A stretch of 64,000 bases of DNA from an uncultured Planctomycetaceae bacterium. Its GTDB lineage: Bacteria > Planctomycetota > Planctomycetia > Isosphaerales > Isosphaeraceae. Numbering within the stretch: position 1 is the stretch's first letter; the number at the start of each line of letters is the position of its first letter. The stretch spans positions 1,856,001-1,920,000 of the forward strand of contig CAWIAD010000002.1 in the NCBI GenBank assembly GCA_963833985.1, read 5' to 3'. The notes beneath the pieces are model-generated. The model was not told where the DNA came from. It was given only the letters and a program-made list of their open reading frames with translations, and did no database searches. Shown in pieces: positions 10,652-21,710 of the stretch. The position numbers and the translations under genes are program-made.

Positions 10652-12562
10652 ATGCGTTCCGACACGATCAAGCAGGGCGACGCCAGGGCCGCACACCGCA
10701 GTCTGCTGCGGGCCACGGGGGTGGGCGAAGAAGACTGGGCCAAGCCCTTCATTGCGGTTTGCAACAGCCACGTGGACATCATTCCCGGTCATGTCCACTT
10801 GCAGGCCGTGGGCAACTACGTGAAGGAATGCGTCCGGGCCGCCGGCGGGGTGCCCTTCCTGTTCAATACCATCGGGGTGGATGACGGGATCGCCATGGGG
10901 CACGATGGGATGAAGTACTCGCTCCCCTCGCGCGAGCTGATCGCGGACTCCGTGGAGACGATGATCCAGGCACACATGTTTGATGGCATGATTTGCATTC
11001 CCAATTGCGACAAAATTGTACCCGGCATGTTCATGGGTGCAATGCGGGTGAACGTGCCGACGGTGTTCGTCTCGGGCGGGCCGATGGAGGCCGGCCGGAC
11101 GGCCAGCGGCAAGACAGTCGATCTCATCGATGCGTTCGTGGCGGGCGTGCAGAAGGCCAGCGGCAAGCTGACGGAGGCGGAGCTGGACGAGATCGAGAAG
11201 GCCGCGTGCCCCACCTGCGGCAGTTGTTCGGGGATGTTCACGGCCAACAGCATGAACTGCCTGGCGGAGGCGATTGGCATGGCGCTGCCCGGCAACGGCA
11301 CCATCCTGGCCACGTCGGCGGACCGCAAGACGCTCTATGAGCAGGCGTCTCGCAGGGTTGTGGAGATGGCCCGGCAGTTTGGCAAGGTCGGTCCCGGCCA
11401 CAGCCTGCTGCCGCGCGAGATCGCCTCGGCCGCGGCGTTCGACAACGCCATGGTCCTCGATATGGCGATGGGCGGCAGTACCAACACGGTCCTGCACATC
11501 CTGGCGATTGCTCACGAGGCCGGCGTGCCATACTCGCTCGAGCGGATCGACGAGCTGAGCAAGCAGACGCCGAATATCTGCAAGGTCAGCCCGTCCAGCC
11601 AGTACCACATCGAGGACGTGGCCCGGGCCGGAGGAATTCATACGATCCTGGGCGAGATCGCGCGGGGCTGCCCGGGCCTGCTCGACCTCTCCTGCATGAC
11701 CGTGACCGGCAAGACGCTGGGAGAGAACATCGCCGAGTACGACATCCGCAACCCGTCCAGCAGCAAGGCGGCGAAGATTCTCGCGGACGTCCGGCCGGGC
11801 CGTGAGCGGACCAGCCAGGCATGGACCGTGCCCAGTGTGGCCGCCGGCTCGCAGGCCGCCGGACTGGCCCTGCTGGACTCTGAAGGCGAGGATCAGGGTC
11901 CCGCCGGCGGCAGCGGTGATTCCTCAGGCAATGGGTCCGAGCCGAACGACGGCTTCGCTCCCCAGGACGTGATCCGCCCCGTCGCCAGCGCCTATTCGAA
12001 GACCGGCGGTCTGAACATGCTGCGGGGCAACCTCGCACCCCGCGGAGCCGTCATCAAGACGGCCGGGGTCAAGCCGTCGATGTACCGCCATTCGGGGCCC
12101 GCCGTGATCTTCGAGAGCGAGATGGACGCCTACAACGGCATCGTCTTCGACAAGGTCAAGCCGGGTGATGTGGTGGTGATCCGGTACGAAGGGCCGAGGG
12201 GCGGCCCGGGCATGCAGGAGATGCTGGCGCCGACCACCGCGCTGAAGGGCGTCGGTCTGGACGACCGCTGCGCCCTGATCACCGATGGTCGGTTCTCCGG
12301 CGGGACCGCCGGCGCCTCGATCGGCCATGTGAGCCCGGAGGCGGCCGTCGGCGGTCCGATCGCCCTGCTGCAAGACGGCGACATCATCGATATCGACATC
12401 CACGCCGGGACGCTCTCGGTGCGCCTCTCGGACGATGAGCTGGCCGCGCGCCGGAAGAACTGGTCGCCGCGCCCGCGGCGATTCAAGACCGGCTGGCTGG
12501 CACGGTACGCCAGCATGGCGACCAGCGCGGATACCGGTGCTATCCTTCAGTGGGCGGAGTGA
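10652..12562 (+). CDS. ilvD: Dihydroxy-acid dehydratase
   Basis: [80 protein letters not shown]. Confidence 0.97.
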   Translation: MRSDTIKQGDARAAHRSLLRATGVGEEDWAKPFIAVCNSHVDIIPGHVHLQAVGNYVKECVRAAGGVPFLFNTIGVDDGIAMGHDGMKYSLPSRELIADSVETMIQAHMFDGMICIPNCDKIVPGMFMGAMRVNVPTVFVSGGPMEAGRTASGKTVDLIDAFVAGVQKASGKLTEAELDEIEKAACPTCGSCSGMFTANSMNCLAEAIGMALPGNGTILATSADRKTLYEQASRRVVEMARQFGKVGPGHSLLPREIASAAAFDNAMVLDMAMGGSTNTVLHILAIAHEAGVPYSLERIDELSKQTPNICKVSPSSQYHIEDVARAGGIHTILGEIARGCPGLLDLSCMTVTGKTLGENIAEYDIRNPSSSKAAKILADVRPGRERTSQAWTVPSVAAGSQAAGLALLDSEGEDQGPAGGSGDSSGNGSEPNDGFAPQDVIRPVASAYSKTGGLNMLRGNLAPRGAVIKTAGVKPSMYRHSGPAVIFESEMDAYNGIVFDKVKPGDVVVIRYEGPRGGPGMQEMLAPTTALKGVGLDDRCALITDGRFSGGTAGASIGHVSPEAAVGGPIALLQDGDIIDIDIHAGTLSVRLSDDELAARRKNWSPRPRRFKTGWLARYASMATSADTGAILQWAE

Positions 12563-12686
12563 GCCGCGCCGGCGCCGGGGGCCAAGGGCGGAGCCGGGGC
12601 CTGCGGAGACACGGGGGAGCCGCGCGGCACGCCCTGTCGCTTGAAGGACGCATTCCTGAACGACTCGCAGCGAGAGAACCGGACAC

Positions 12687-13448
12687 ATGGGCGGTGAGCC
12701 AGCGCAGACCGAGTTCCTGATCGTCACGCCCACCTATCACCGCGAAGCGCTGCTGGCCCGGTTCGTGAAGCAGGTGCGGTCGCAGGCCTATCCCCACTGG
12801 AAGCTGCTGGTGGTGCATGACGGGGCCAACCCCGACACCGGCAAGCTCATGGGCCGCCTGTCCGCGGCCGATGCACGCATCGGCTACCTGGAGACGAGTG
12901 CCCGCGGCAATGACTTCGGCGTGACGCCCAGGCTGGAAGGCCTGCGGCACGCGGTCCAGGCCGGCGCACCGCCGTACGCCGTGTTCTGGGACGACGATGA
13001 CTACTTCGTGAAGAACGCACTGGAGTTGATCGCCAGGAGCCTGCGGGCGTCCGGCTCTCCGGACCTCTTGCTCTCTCCCAACTATTACCGCAACCGCGTG
13101 ATCCCGCCGCCCGGCCTGCCGATCGCGGCGCTGGGGCCCGGACAGGTGACGACCGGCAACTTCACGGTCCGCACGGCGCTGGCGCTGCGGGCTTACGAGC
13201 AGATCATCACCATGAAGGAAGGCGCATCGCATGAAGTGATGTACGTGCAGGATTTCCTGCTGCTGGACCAGCTTCGAAAGCTGGAGCCCGCCTGCTCCAT
13301 GCACATTGCCGACGGTAGCGTGATCGGCATGCACGACGGCCTGCGGCCGCAGGTTTACATCAGGAACCGGCTGGGAATTCCCCCGCTGGGGCTGCTCGGT
13401 CGCGAGCGGATCGGCAAGTTGATGTTCTGGAAGGGCAGCCCCCGGTAA
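12687..13448 (+). CDS. Glycosyltransferase family 2
   Basis: IVTPTYHR, SQAYPHWKLLVVHDG, FWDDDD (DxD). Confidence 0.8.
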   Translation: MGGEPAQTEFLIVTPTYHREALLARFVKQVRSQAYPHWKLLVVHDGANPDTGKLMGRLSAADARIGYLETSARGNDFGVTPRLEGLRHAVQAGAPPYAVFWDDDDYFVKNALELIARSLRASGSPDLLLSPNYYRNRVIPPPGLPIAALGPGQVTTGNFTVRTALALRAYEQIITMKEGASHEVMYVQDFLLLDQLRKLEPACSMHIADGSVIGMHDGLRPQVYIRNRLGIPPLGLLGRERIGKLMFWKGSPR

Positions 13449-13500
13449 GCGCGGGTGGCCGCATGAGACGGCGGGCTGCGCCGCGCCGGAGAGCCAGACC

Positions 13501-14271
13501 GTGGCGAACCCATTCGACTTGACGGGCAAGGTGGCCATCGTGACCGGCGGCAACGGCGGCATTGGTCTGGGGATCGCCCGCGGCCTGGCCGAGGCCGGGG
13601 CTGCCGTGGCCGTCCTGGGTCGGAACGAGGCCAAGTCGCGGCAGGCGGCAGGGGAGGTCGCCGCGGATACCGGCGCGCGAACCCTGGCCATCACGGCCGA
13701 CGTGTCCAGGCCCGATGAGGTGGACCGGGCGGTCGCCGAGGCTCACGCGGCGTTCGGCCGTATCGACATCCTGTTCAACAACGCGGGCATCAACATCCGC
13801 AAGCCGCCCCAGGACCTCGACGTCCAGGAATGGTCACGCGTGCTGGAAACGAACCTCACGAGCGCGTTCCTGATGTCCCGCGCCGTCTATCCCGTCATGA
13901 AGCGCGGTGGCCGTGGCAAGATCATCAACACGGGGAGCATGACCTCGATCTTTGGCTCCAGCTTCGCGGTCGCCTACGCCAGCAGCAAGGGAGGGATCGT
14001 GCAGTTGACCAGGAGCCTGGCGCTGGCCTGGGCGGTGGACAACATCCAGGTGAACGCCATCCTGCCGGGGTGGTTTGATACCGAATTGACGCAGCAGGCG
14101 CGGCAGGAGATTCCTGGGCTGCACGAGCGTGTGCTGGCCCGGATTGCGGCCGGGCGCTGGGCGAGGCCGGAAGACATGGCCGGGACGGCCGTCTGGCTGT
14201 CCAGCTCGGCCAGCGACTATGTCACCGGCGTGGCCATTGCCGTGGACGGGGGATATTCCGCGGCGCTGTGA
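13501..14271 (+). CDS. SDR oxidoreductase (KduD/gluconate 5-dehydrogenase-like)
   Basis: TGGNGGIG, NNAG, YASSKGG, VNAILPGWFDT. Confidence 0.9.
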   Translation: MANPFDLTGKVAIVTGGNGGIGLGIARGLAEAGAAVAVLGRNEAKSRQAAGEVAADTGARTLAITADVSRPDEVDRAVAEAHAAFGRIDILFNNAGINIRKPPQDLDVQEWSRVLETNLTSAFLMSRAVYPVMKRGGRGKIINTGSMTSIFGSSFAVAYASSKGGIVQLTRSLALAWAVDNIQVNAILPGWFDTELTQQARQEIPGLHERVLARIAAGRWARPEDMAGTAVWLSSSASDYVTGVAIAVDGGYSAAL

Positions 14272-14330
14272 AGAGGAACAGTCCGCCGCGGCGCTCGATG
14301 GGCTTTGCCTGGAATGGACTGACAGTCAGC

Positions 14331-15892
14331 TCACTCGCCGTTGTCGCCGTCCTCGGCGGACGCGTCGGGGTCGGCCACGACGCGGCCGATCAGCTCCAGC
14401 TCCAGCTTCTGGTTGAAGGGAAGTCTCAGTGCCAGCGGCTTGAGCGGCATCATGAACTGGAGGCTGGGGAACGACAGGGGGCCCAGCGGGCTGTTCCGCA
14501 GCAGGTTGCTCGCCATCGAGAAGGCGGCCTTGGCGGCCCTGCCGTCTGCCTTGGCTGCCGGCCGGGTGGCCGAGCTCGCGGGCGCCGCGGGGGCCGGACG
14601 CGGCTTGTGCGACTGGGGGCTGGGACGCGGATCGGACGATCCCGCGGCGGACGTGTCGGCCTTGTCCTCCTCGGGCAGCGGAGGCAGTTCCGCGGGCGTG
14701 CCGTCGGCGTGGACGCCCTGCGGCAGCGTCCGGCTTGGCAGCGCAGGAAGGGCCAGCCTGGACGGGCTGACAGCCACGCGCGGCACGGGCCGGGGCAATT
14801 CGAGCGACTCGGCCCTGGCCGAAGCGGTCGGTTGCACGACCTCCTCGGCGCTGATCAGTGCCAGCCGTTCCCGGACCACGGCCTTGCCGTCCTTGTCGGC
14901 GACCGTGTGTGGACCGAAGCCGATGAGCAAGATCTCATCGCGCGGGATGAGCCACTCGCCGGCGATCTCCGCACGGCCGATCTCGGGAACCTGCACCTCG
15001 GCTCCGGGCGCGGCAGTGGCCGTCGCCGTGGGCTTGCTCGAGCTCGAGCATGCGATGGGCGATCCATGCCGCTCGGCCCGACCGCCGCAGTCATCGGCGC
15101 AGCAGGACTCTTCACCCGGGGCGTGCAGCCCCGCCTGCTTGGTTTCCGCGTCCGCGGTCTTCACCTCGGTCAGAGCCTGGAACGGGCGCCGGACGCCTCG
15201 ACCGGGGTGCTCCCATTCTGGACGCAGAAGTTCAGGACATCCTTGAAGGAGAGCGGCTTATCAAGGTCAATGACAATGTGATTCGCACTGAGCGCGCCCG
15301 TGGCCCCGACATCTCCCGGAACCGTATGGACGTCCGTGACGATCATGAGGTTCGCGGGTTCCTTCGCCGTCTCGGCGCTGGCCGTGCGAGCCGCATGCGG
15401 CGCCGGCGCGGGAACATGCAGCGTGTGCACCGAGCGAATGTCGGTGTCCTCGATGACGAGCTGGGCCAGCACTCCCTGGTCGATGCAGCGACCGGCGATG
15501 GTGGTGGTCATCCCTTCGCGGACGATCTCGGTGGTCTGGCGGGGAGGCGTGCCCTCACCACGCCAGGAGACCTGGGTGACGAACGGATGGTTCTTGCGGA
15601 TGGTGAAGTGCGCCGGGGCCTGGGAAAAGGAGGTGATCCGCGGCGCGGTCACAACGTCCTTTGTCGACCCTCCGGGCAGTGCCTTGAAGAAGTCGCGCGG
15701 GGCCGTCCAGACCGTGACGCCGCCCCGGCTGGCGACCGGCTTGAGCCCGCAGCCCGCCGACTGCCGCCACTCGAGGCCGCGCACCTCCACGACCTGAAAC
15801 TGATAGGTGATCTCCGGCCCACATTCTTTCGGCTCGGGTGTGCCGGCCAGGGCAAGTAAGACCACCGCAAGACCTTGCAGTGCGCTGCTCAT
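14331..15892 (-). CDS. Exported hypothetical protein, frameshift near 15190
   Basis: ORF 15170 part begins with a signal-like MSSALQGLAVVLLALAG; ORF 14331..15164 continues it; no recognisable family motif. Confidence 0.5.
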
Positions 15893-16068
15893 GCGACGAC
15901 CTCCATTTCGTCTCTTCAAAGTGAGAGTTGCGCGAGGGGGATCCACGATCGGGCCCCGGCTCGGGCGGGATGATACGACCGATAGCCGGACGCGTCAATC
16001 GCGGCTGTCGGACGGCCGGAACGGGAACTTGAGCGATTCCCGTGGTCCTTCATGGTTTTCCCGCGGTT

Positions 16069-18021
16069 TCAATCCGTATTCTTGGTGCCGGATGGGGCGC
16101 CCTCCGGCCGCGGTTCTGGGGGCGTGGGTGGCGTCTTGCGGTCCTCCTCCGCTGGCATGAACTCGATTCCTTCGACGGTGGATTCTTCGGGCGGGTCCTG
16201 AAACTCGATTCCTTCGCGGCTGGCCGCGCCGGGACCCAAGTCGTCCGGCCTTCTCGGGCGGTCGACCTCGATGTCAAAACGGTTCAGGCACGTCTGGAAG
16301 AACGCGAACGCCAGGGCGCCGTAGAAGGCGATGCTGACCAGGTAGGTCACCACGAGCACGCCCCGGTTGGGTCCATAGGAATACGCGGCGTGCAAGAAGT
16401 CCTCGAGCTCACGGAACGAGAAGAGCGAGGCAGTGACAATCACCGGCGTGACACCCGCGGCCAGCAGCACGGCGTCGTCGCCCCGCATCGCGGGGATGCA
16501 GCAGAAGAGATAGCCGCCATTGAAGAAGACGAGGATGCCGATGATCGTGGCGATAGCCCGTGCCGAACTCTTCATGCGCAGGGAAACGAACGTGCCCAGG
16601 CAGGCGATGAAGGTGAGATCGACCGCGATGGCAAGCAGCGACGCCAGGAAGCCCAGGGGATGGACGGCTCCACAGACGAGCCCCAGGAACCAGAGTGTCA
16701 GGATCAGAGCCGGCAAGGAGCGAACCCGCCAGAGCGCACCCACGATCTTGCCGATGACGATCTCCTCGCCCTCCAGCGGAGTGGCTGTCAGGCTGGTCCA
16801 GCAATCCTTTTCGCGCTCCATGGTGATTCCGGTCGCTGCGCCCGCGCCGACCACCAGGGCCGTGAGCATGTACAGGCACGCGGTAAAGCTTCTGAGCCCG
16901 GCGTTCATGGTCTCGCGGGCGTGGTAGCTGGCCGTGGCGCCATAGCCGTAGTCGAGCTGCTCCTCGAACGCGGGAATGCCTGCGTACAGGGCCCAGTAGC
17001 CGATGCCAGTCATCGCGGCCAGGCCCATGCACAGGACAACGACGGTACGCATCAGGCTGGGGCTGGAAAGCGACCCGGTGCATTCTTTCCAGAGCATGGG
17101 AGCATTGCCGCAGGGTCGCCGCGCGAAGAAGCGCCTTGGCTGGAAAGACCTCCGCGTACTGAGCCACCGCAGGCCCCAGAGACGTGCGCCCTGTTCCACG
17201 GCACGGAGCCGGAGCGTGCACCAGCCGATCAGCAAGCTTCCTTGAAGGATTTGCAGCGCAATCAGCCACAGGGCGAGTGTCGCGATCGCCTGAGGGGATG
17301 ATCCTGCGCCGATCTGGATCCGGTAGAGCACGTACATGGGGCTGCTGCCGAGGATCCAGTCCGTGACCGGGCGCGCCTCCTGCGTGAGCCGGGCAACGGT
17401 CCCGCCCGCCGACACGCAGAGCCCTTCAAAGAACGGCAAGAGCAGCCACACCAGCTCCATTAGGTAGGCGCGCAGAATGGCGTCCCTGGGCCGCGCGGAG
17501 AACGTGGAGGCGAAGATCGAGAGGGCCGCCACCAGGTAGAGCGTGGAGAACGAGGCTCCGTACCAGAGCCAGACCTGCTCCGGAACGATGCCTCCCAGAA
17601 ACAGGGCGATGCTCACCACCGGCAGCCCGACGGCCACCAGAATGACCAGGTTGATGAGCCGGGCGGCCAGCTTGCCCAGGACGATCTCGGCGCCGGTGAG
17701 CGGGCTGGCCAGCAGGTAGGTGAGCACCTTGCGATTGCGGTCCTCGGCGATGGTTCCAGCCACGAACGCGGGAGTGAGCAGCAAGATGACGATCGATTGC
17801 AGCCAGATCACGGAGCTGAAGAGGCTCATTCCCATGTAGGCCAGATCGCTGGCGGAGTACTCGTGATCCGCCTCCGGCGGGTATGAATATCCTCTCCATC
17901 CGTAAAGCGACTGGACCACGAGGTAAAGCATGAACAGGCCCAGCCCTGTGCGCAGCACGAACGAGCGCCTGCGCCGGGCCACGCTTCGCAATTCGTGAAA
18001 GAAGACGGGTCCGGGCAACAT
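16069..18021 (-). CDS. ABC-2-type transporter permease (duplicated domain)
   Basis: GPVFFHELR, AGTIAEDR...LLASPLTGAEIVLGK and a second ITMEREK...TATPLEGEEIVIGK; many TM segments. Confidence 0.85.
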   Translation of the reverse strand: MLPGPVFFHELRSVARRRRSFVLRTGLGLFMLYLVVQSLYGWRGYSYPPEADHEYSASDLAYMGMSLFSSVIWLQSIVILLLTPAFVAGTIAEDRNRKVLTYLLASPLTGAEIVLGKLAARLINLVILVAVGLPVVSIALFLGGIVPEQVWLWYGASFSTLYLVAALSIFASTFSARPRDAILRAYLMELVWLLLPFFEGLCVSAGGTVARLTQEARPVTDWILGSSPMYVLYRIQIGAGSSPQAIATLALWLIALQILQGSLLIGWCTLRLRAVEQGARLWGLRWLSTRRSFQPRRFFARRPCGNAPMLWKECTGSLSSPSLMRTVVVLCMGLAAMTGIGYWALYAGIPAFEEQLDYGYGATASYHARETMNAGLRSFTACLYMLTALVVGAGAATGITMEREKDCWTSLTATPLEGEEIVIGKIVGALWRVRSLPALILTLWFLGLVCGAVHPLGFLASLLAIAVDLTFIACLGTFVSLRMKSSARAIATIIGILVFFNGGYLFCCIPAMRGDDAVLLAAGVTPVIVTASLFSFRELEDFLHAAYSYGPNRGVLVVTYLVSIAFYGALAFAFFQTCLNRFDIEVDRPRRPDDLGPGAASREGIEFQDPPEESTVEGIEFMPAEEDRKTPPTPPEPRPEGAPSGTKNTD

Positions 18022-18342
18022 GATGGGCGCGACAGCCGTTGAAGCGACGAGGGGAACAGGCGTTTGTGCGACGCTCGCTGCCGGCCTGGCGAGCGGGGAA
18101 GAGCGGACGCATGCACCCGTGCTGCCGGCGAGACTCCACGATCGCCGATTGCCCCGTTCAGTTCAAGCCCGTCCATCCTCGAGAGGCCGCGCTCGCTGGT
18201 GCGCTGCTGGCGAAGATTGATTCCCGGACACGCGTTCCCTAAGATGACCAGAGTATGCGGGATCCGCCCGGGGGACCCTGCTGATTCCGATGTGTGAGTC
18301 GCGGGCCCGGGGAACGGCCGAAGCCGCCGGGGAAGAGGTCGC

Positions 18343-19308
18343 ATGGCCACGGACACAAGGCTCAAGGAGTCGCTCCCGGCGATCACCGATCGGCTCGTGG
18401 AGACGTACGAGGAATGCGGGGCGATCCACCACCTGGGTCACTCGCCGCTTCCCAGCTATCGCGAAGTCGTCGAGCTCATGGCCGACCTGCGCGAGGTGCT
18501 TTACCCCGGTTACGGCCGCCGCCAGAATCTTCATCTGGGAAACGTGGCGTACCACGTGGGGGATCTGATCGACAGCCTGCACGACCGGCTCACTCAGCAG
18601 ATCGCCCGGGCCTTTCGGCACAACTGCCGCGCCCAGGACCTCGACGGCGATTTCGAGGCCAGGTCCCAGGAGATCGTGATCCAGTTTCTCGGCGCGCTGC
18701 CGGAGCTGCGCCGGGTGCTCAGCGAGGATGCCCAGGCGGCCTACGACGGCGACCCCGCCGCCAGGAGCCTGGACGAGATCGTCTTCTGCTATCCCGGCGT
18801 GGCGGCGATTGCGGTCCACCGGCTTGCTCATGTGCTTTATGAGCTTGGCGTCCCGCTCATTCCCCGGATGATGACCGAGTATGCGCACGGCAAGACGGGC
18901 ATCGACATTCATCCGGGTGCGCGAATCGGCCACCGCTTCTTCATTGACCACGGCACCGGTGTGGTCATCGGCGAGACGACCGAGATCGGTAACGGAGTGA
19001 AGATTTACCAGGGCGTGACGCTCGGTGCTTTGAGTTTTCCTCGCGACGAGGCCACCGGTGAGGTTCTCCGCGGCAACAAGCGGCACCCCACGATCGAGGA
19101 CGAGGTGGTGATCTACGCCAACGCCACCATCCTCGGCGGCGACACGGTCATCGGCCACCACTCGGTGATCGGCTCGTCCGCATGGCTCACCCGCAGCGTC
19201 GCGCCGCACACCACCGTGACGATCGAGAGCCCGCGCCTGCGCTATCGGGAAGGGGGCGATGTCCCGATCGGCGATGGCTATTCCGATCGCCTGAACTACC
19301 AGATCTGA
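18343..19308 (+). CDS. cysE: Serine O-acetyltransferase (EpsC-type CysE)
   Basis: [50 protein letters not shown]. Confidence 0.93.
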   Translation: MATDTRLKESLPAITDRLVETYEECGAIHHLGHSPLPSYREVVELMADLREVLYPGYGRRQNLHLGNVAYHVGDLIDSLHDRLTQQIARAFRHNCRAQDLDGDFEARSQEIVIQFLGALPELRRVLSEDAQAAYDGDPAARSLDEIVFCYPGVAAIAVHRLAHVLYELGVPLIPRMMTEYAHGKTGIDIHPGARIGHRFFIDHGTGVVIGETTEIGNGVKIYQGVTLGALSFPRDEATGEVLRGNKRHPTIEDEVVIYANATILGGDTVIGHHSVIGSSAWLTRSVAPHTTVTIESPRLRYREGGDVPIGDGYSDRLNYQI

Positions 19309-19403
19309 CGGCTCGCGGATCCTGACTCTTTCCGCTCCGGGACTTCCTCCTCTCCAGGACCTCTTCCGTGACCTTGCTCGAGATTCGCCCACGCGTGCGG
19401 CGG

Positions 19404-20198
19404 ATGGCCTTCAAACCCGGCCGGCCGCTTCTACTTGCCTGGATGACTGGTGCTCTGACGGCAGTCGGCGCGCTGCCGGGCGCCGGGTCGCTGCCTGCCA
19501 GGGCCCAGCCCCTGGCCGCGCAGCGCATCAACTTCCGGCAGCCTCTTCGGGAGTACAACCTCGTGCGTCTGGGTGAAATGTCTGTCCAGGTGGAGAAGCA
19601 GCTCCAGGCCGAGGCACCGGAGATTGCCAGGAAGGCACTGGACCGATTGCAGGCCGAACGCTCCCGCGCGCTGGCCGCACTGCCCCCGAAAGCCGCCAGG
19701 CGGCTGGCGAAGATCCGATTCTTTCTGATGTACGGCCCCAAGGCGCACGGCGGAGGCAAGTCGAACGGCCTGGAGTATTTCCAGAAAACCGCCCCACAGT
19801 ACCATCCCGAGCTCGACAGCCGGTGGGGTGATGCGATCGTCGTCTACTCCGCACCCAATTACACCAGGATCTCCGACCTCTGGGCCCAGAAGGCCCTGAT
19901 GCACGAGTTGGCTCATGCGTACCAGCTCGAGCAGTGGCCGGAGCATCAGCCGGACATCCAGCAAGCCTGGGAAAATGCCCGTGACAGTGGGCTCTACCAC
20001 AATGTCAAGGACGTCGAAACCGGGAAATCGATCCCGAATGCTTACGCCCTGGTGAACCAGCTCGAGTATTTCGCCGAAGTCACCTGCATGTACTTCGCCA
20101 GGTGCAACTATCAGCCCTCCGACCGCGAACAACTGAAAGCCTATGACCCGGTGGGCTACGCCATGATTCGCAAGCTCTGGCAGCCGGAAGGCTCGTGA
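19404..20198 (+). CDS. Exported zinc metallopeptidase (zincin, lethal-factor-related type)
   Basis: Signal-like N-terminus, HELAH, YALVNQLEYFAE. Confidence 0.75.
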   Translation: MAFKPGRPLLLAWMTGALTAVGALPGAGSLPARAQPLAAQRINFRQPLREYNLVRLGEMSVQVEKQLQAEAPEIARKALDRLQAERSRALAALPPKAARRLAKIRFFLMYGPKAHGGGKSNGLEYFQKTAPQYHPELDSRWGDAIVVYSAPNYTRISDLWAQKALMHELAHAYQLEQWPEHQPDIQQAWENARDSGLYHNVKDVETGKSIPNAYALVNQLEYFAEVTCMYFARCNYQPSDREQLKAYDPVGYAMIRKLWQPEGS

Positions 20199-20238
20199 AG
20201 TCGCCAGCAGGCCGTGTTCAGGTTGCTCAATACACGGT

Positions 20239-21329
20239 TCAGTAATCGTACAGGACGGCGAAGATCGGCTGGTAACTGTACGCCTGGGGGCCGGTCATCG
20301 GCACGTTCACGTCCGCGAAGAAATACCACAGTCCCGTGCCAATCTTTTCGACGGGGCCCGGGATCTTGCAACGCATACCGGGAAGCAGGGTGAACGCGGT
20401 CTCGTGGCGCGGGGTGCCGGCGACCGTGCTCGTCTGGGTAGCGACCAGATAGAGCCACACTTGCTGGAGCCAGCCGTCCTTGGAACCAGGAAAGTATCGG
20501 CCGACCCCGAGAACGTTCTGGTACTGGGTGTACCCGGTGTGGGCAAACGGGATGACCGGCCCGGTCTCGCCTCGAATCATCCACATGCCGCCAAACGGAA
20601 ACCACAACCCTCGGAAAGACGTCGTGAGCGCGTTGTAACCTTGCCCGTTCTCCGTCCGGCCCGTGGGCGCGTTGTAACCCAGTGCCAGCCCGTATCCGTA
20701 GTTCTTGGTCTCGCAGAGCAGGGTCTTCAACCAGAAGGTCTGGTCGCCAATGTTGCTGTGGTAGGTGTTGCTGCGCCGCCCTTGTTCGAGACGATGAAGT
20801 AGGAATCAATCTGAAACTCGAGCCGCCGGTTCAGGGGAGCGAAGAGCGTGTAGCGGCCGACGTATCCGTTGCCGATTTTCTGGTTCACGCCCTGATCGTA
20901 GGCAAACGCGAAGAACCAGGCACGGAAGAACTGTCCGTCGAACGCCCCGACCCACCCTTGACGGGGAGCACCCGCACTGCTGGAGGTCGGCAGCACGAAG
21001 GGCGTGTTCCATCCGTCAGAAAAATATGTACGCAAATAGAGAGGTGTCCAGCGCGCCTTGGCCTCATCCGAATAGATGTCGTCAAAGAGCGACCTGCCGA
21101 TCACGTCCAGCACCGACAGCCGCGCCGGTGGGGCGATGTCGGGCGTGTTCGCGGGCAGGGCCTGAGGTGGGGTCACCAGCGGTTCGGCCAGCCCGGTATC
21201 TGAATAGGGCGCGGGGCTGATGGGGGTCTCCTGGGCGTGGACAAGGGAAAGCCGGAACAGGGCCAGTACAATCGCGCAGGCCATTGCACCAGCCCGGTTC
21301 CGGCTCGAATCAAAGCCGGGTCGCGGCAT
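20239..21329 (-). CDS. Exported hypothetical protein, possibly outer-membrane beta-barrel; frameshift near 20770
   Basis: Signal peptide (AIVLALFRLSLVHAQE); aromatic/Gly-rich beta-like segments; C-terminal aromatic VLYDY. Confidence 0.5.
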
Positions 21330-21551
21330 CGCATACTCCCGCAATTCAGGGTCGACGGCCAGGCCCCGTTCTCCGGCGGTTCTCAACCGAGAAACGGACC
21401 AGAGCAACGGCGGCATCACAGCCGCATGACGATGGCCTTTGGAATTATCGGAAGAATCGTCGGAGTTGCTTAAGATAGTCCCATCGACGCTGCCCGGATG
21501 ACGGCGCGACGAGCAGGTCTGCCTGGCCGGGATCAGCCCGCCGGGACGTGC

Positions 21552-21567
21552 CGGCACGGCGCTCGCA
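21552..21567 (+). promoter_or_regulatory. Candidate sigma-54 (-24/-12) promoter upstream of treZ
   Basis: CGGCACGGCGCTCGCA: GG-N10-GC spacing with GGCACG core. Confidence 0.35.
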
Positions 21568-21710
21568 CTGCAAATCAGTTGCCGGAATAGAAGTTGCAGC
21601 AGAATGCCCGGGCATGCAGGGCATGAACAGTAGACTTGGGCGAGCCGTTCGTCGCCCGCTGCTTCGCCGGCAGGGAGTACGCATTCTTCTACATCCCAGG
21701 AGCAATACCC

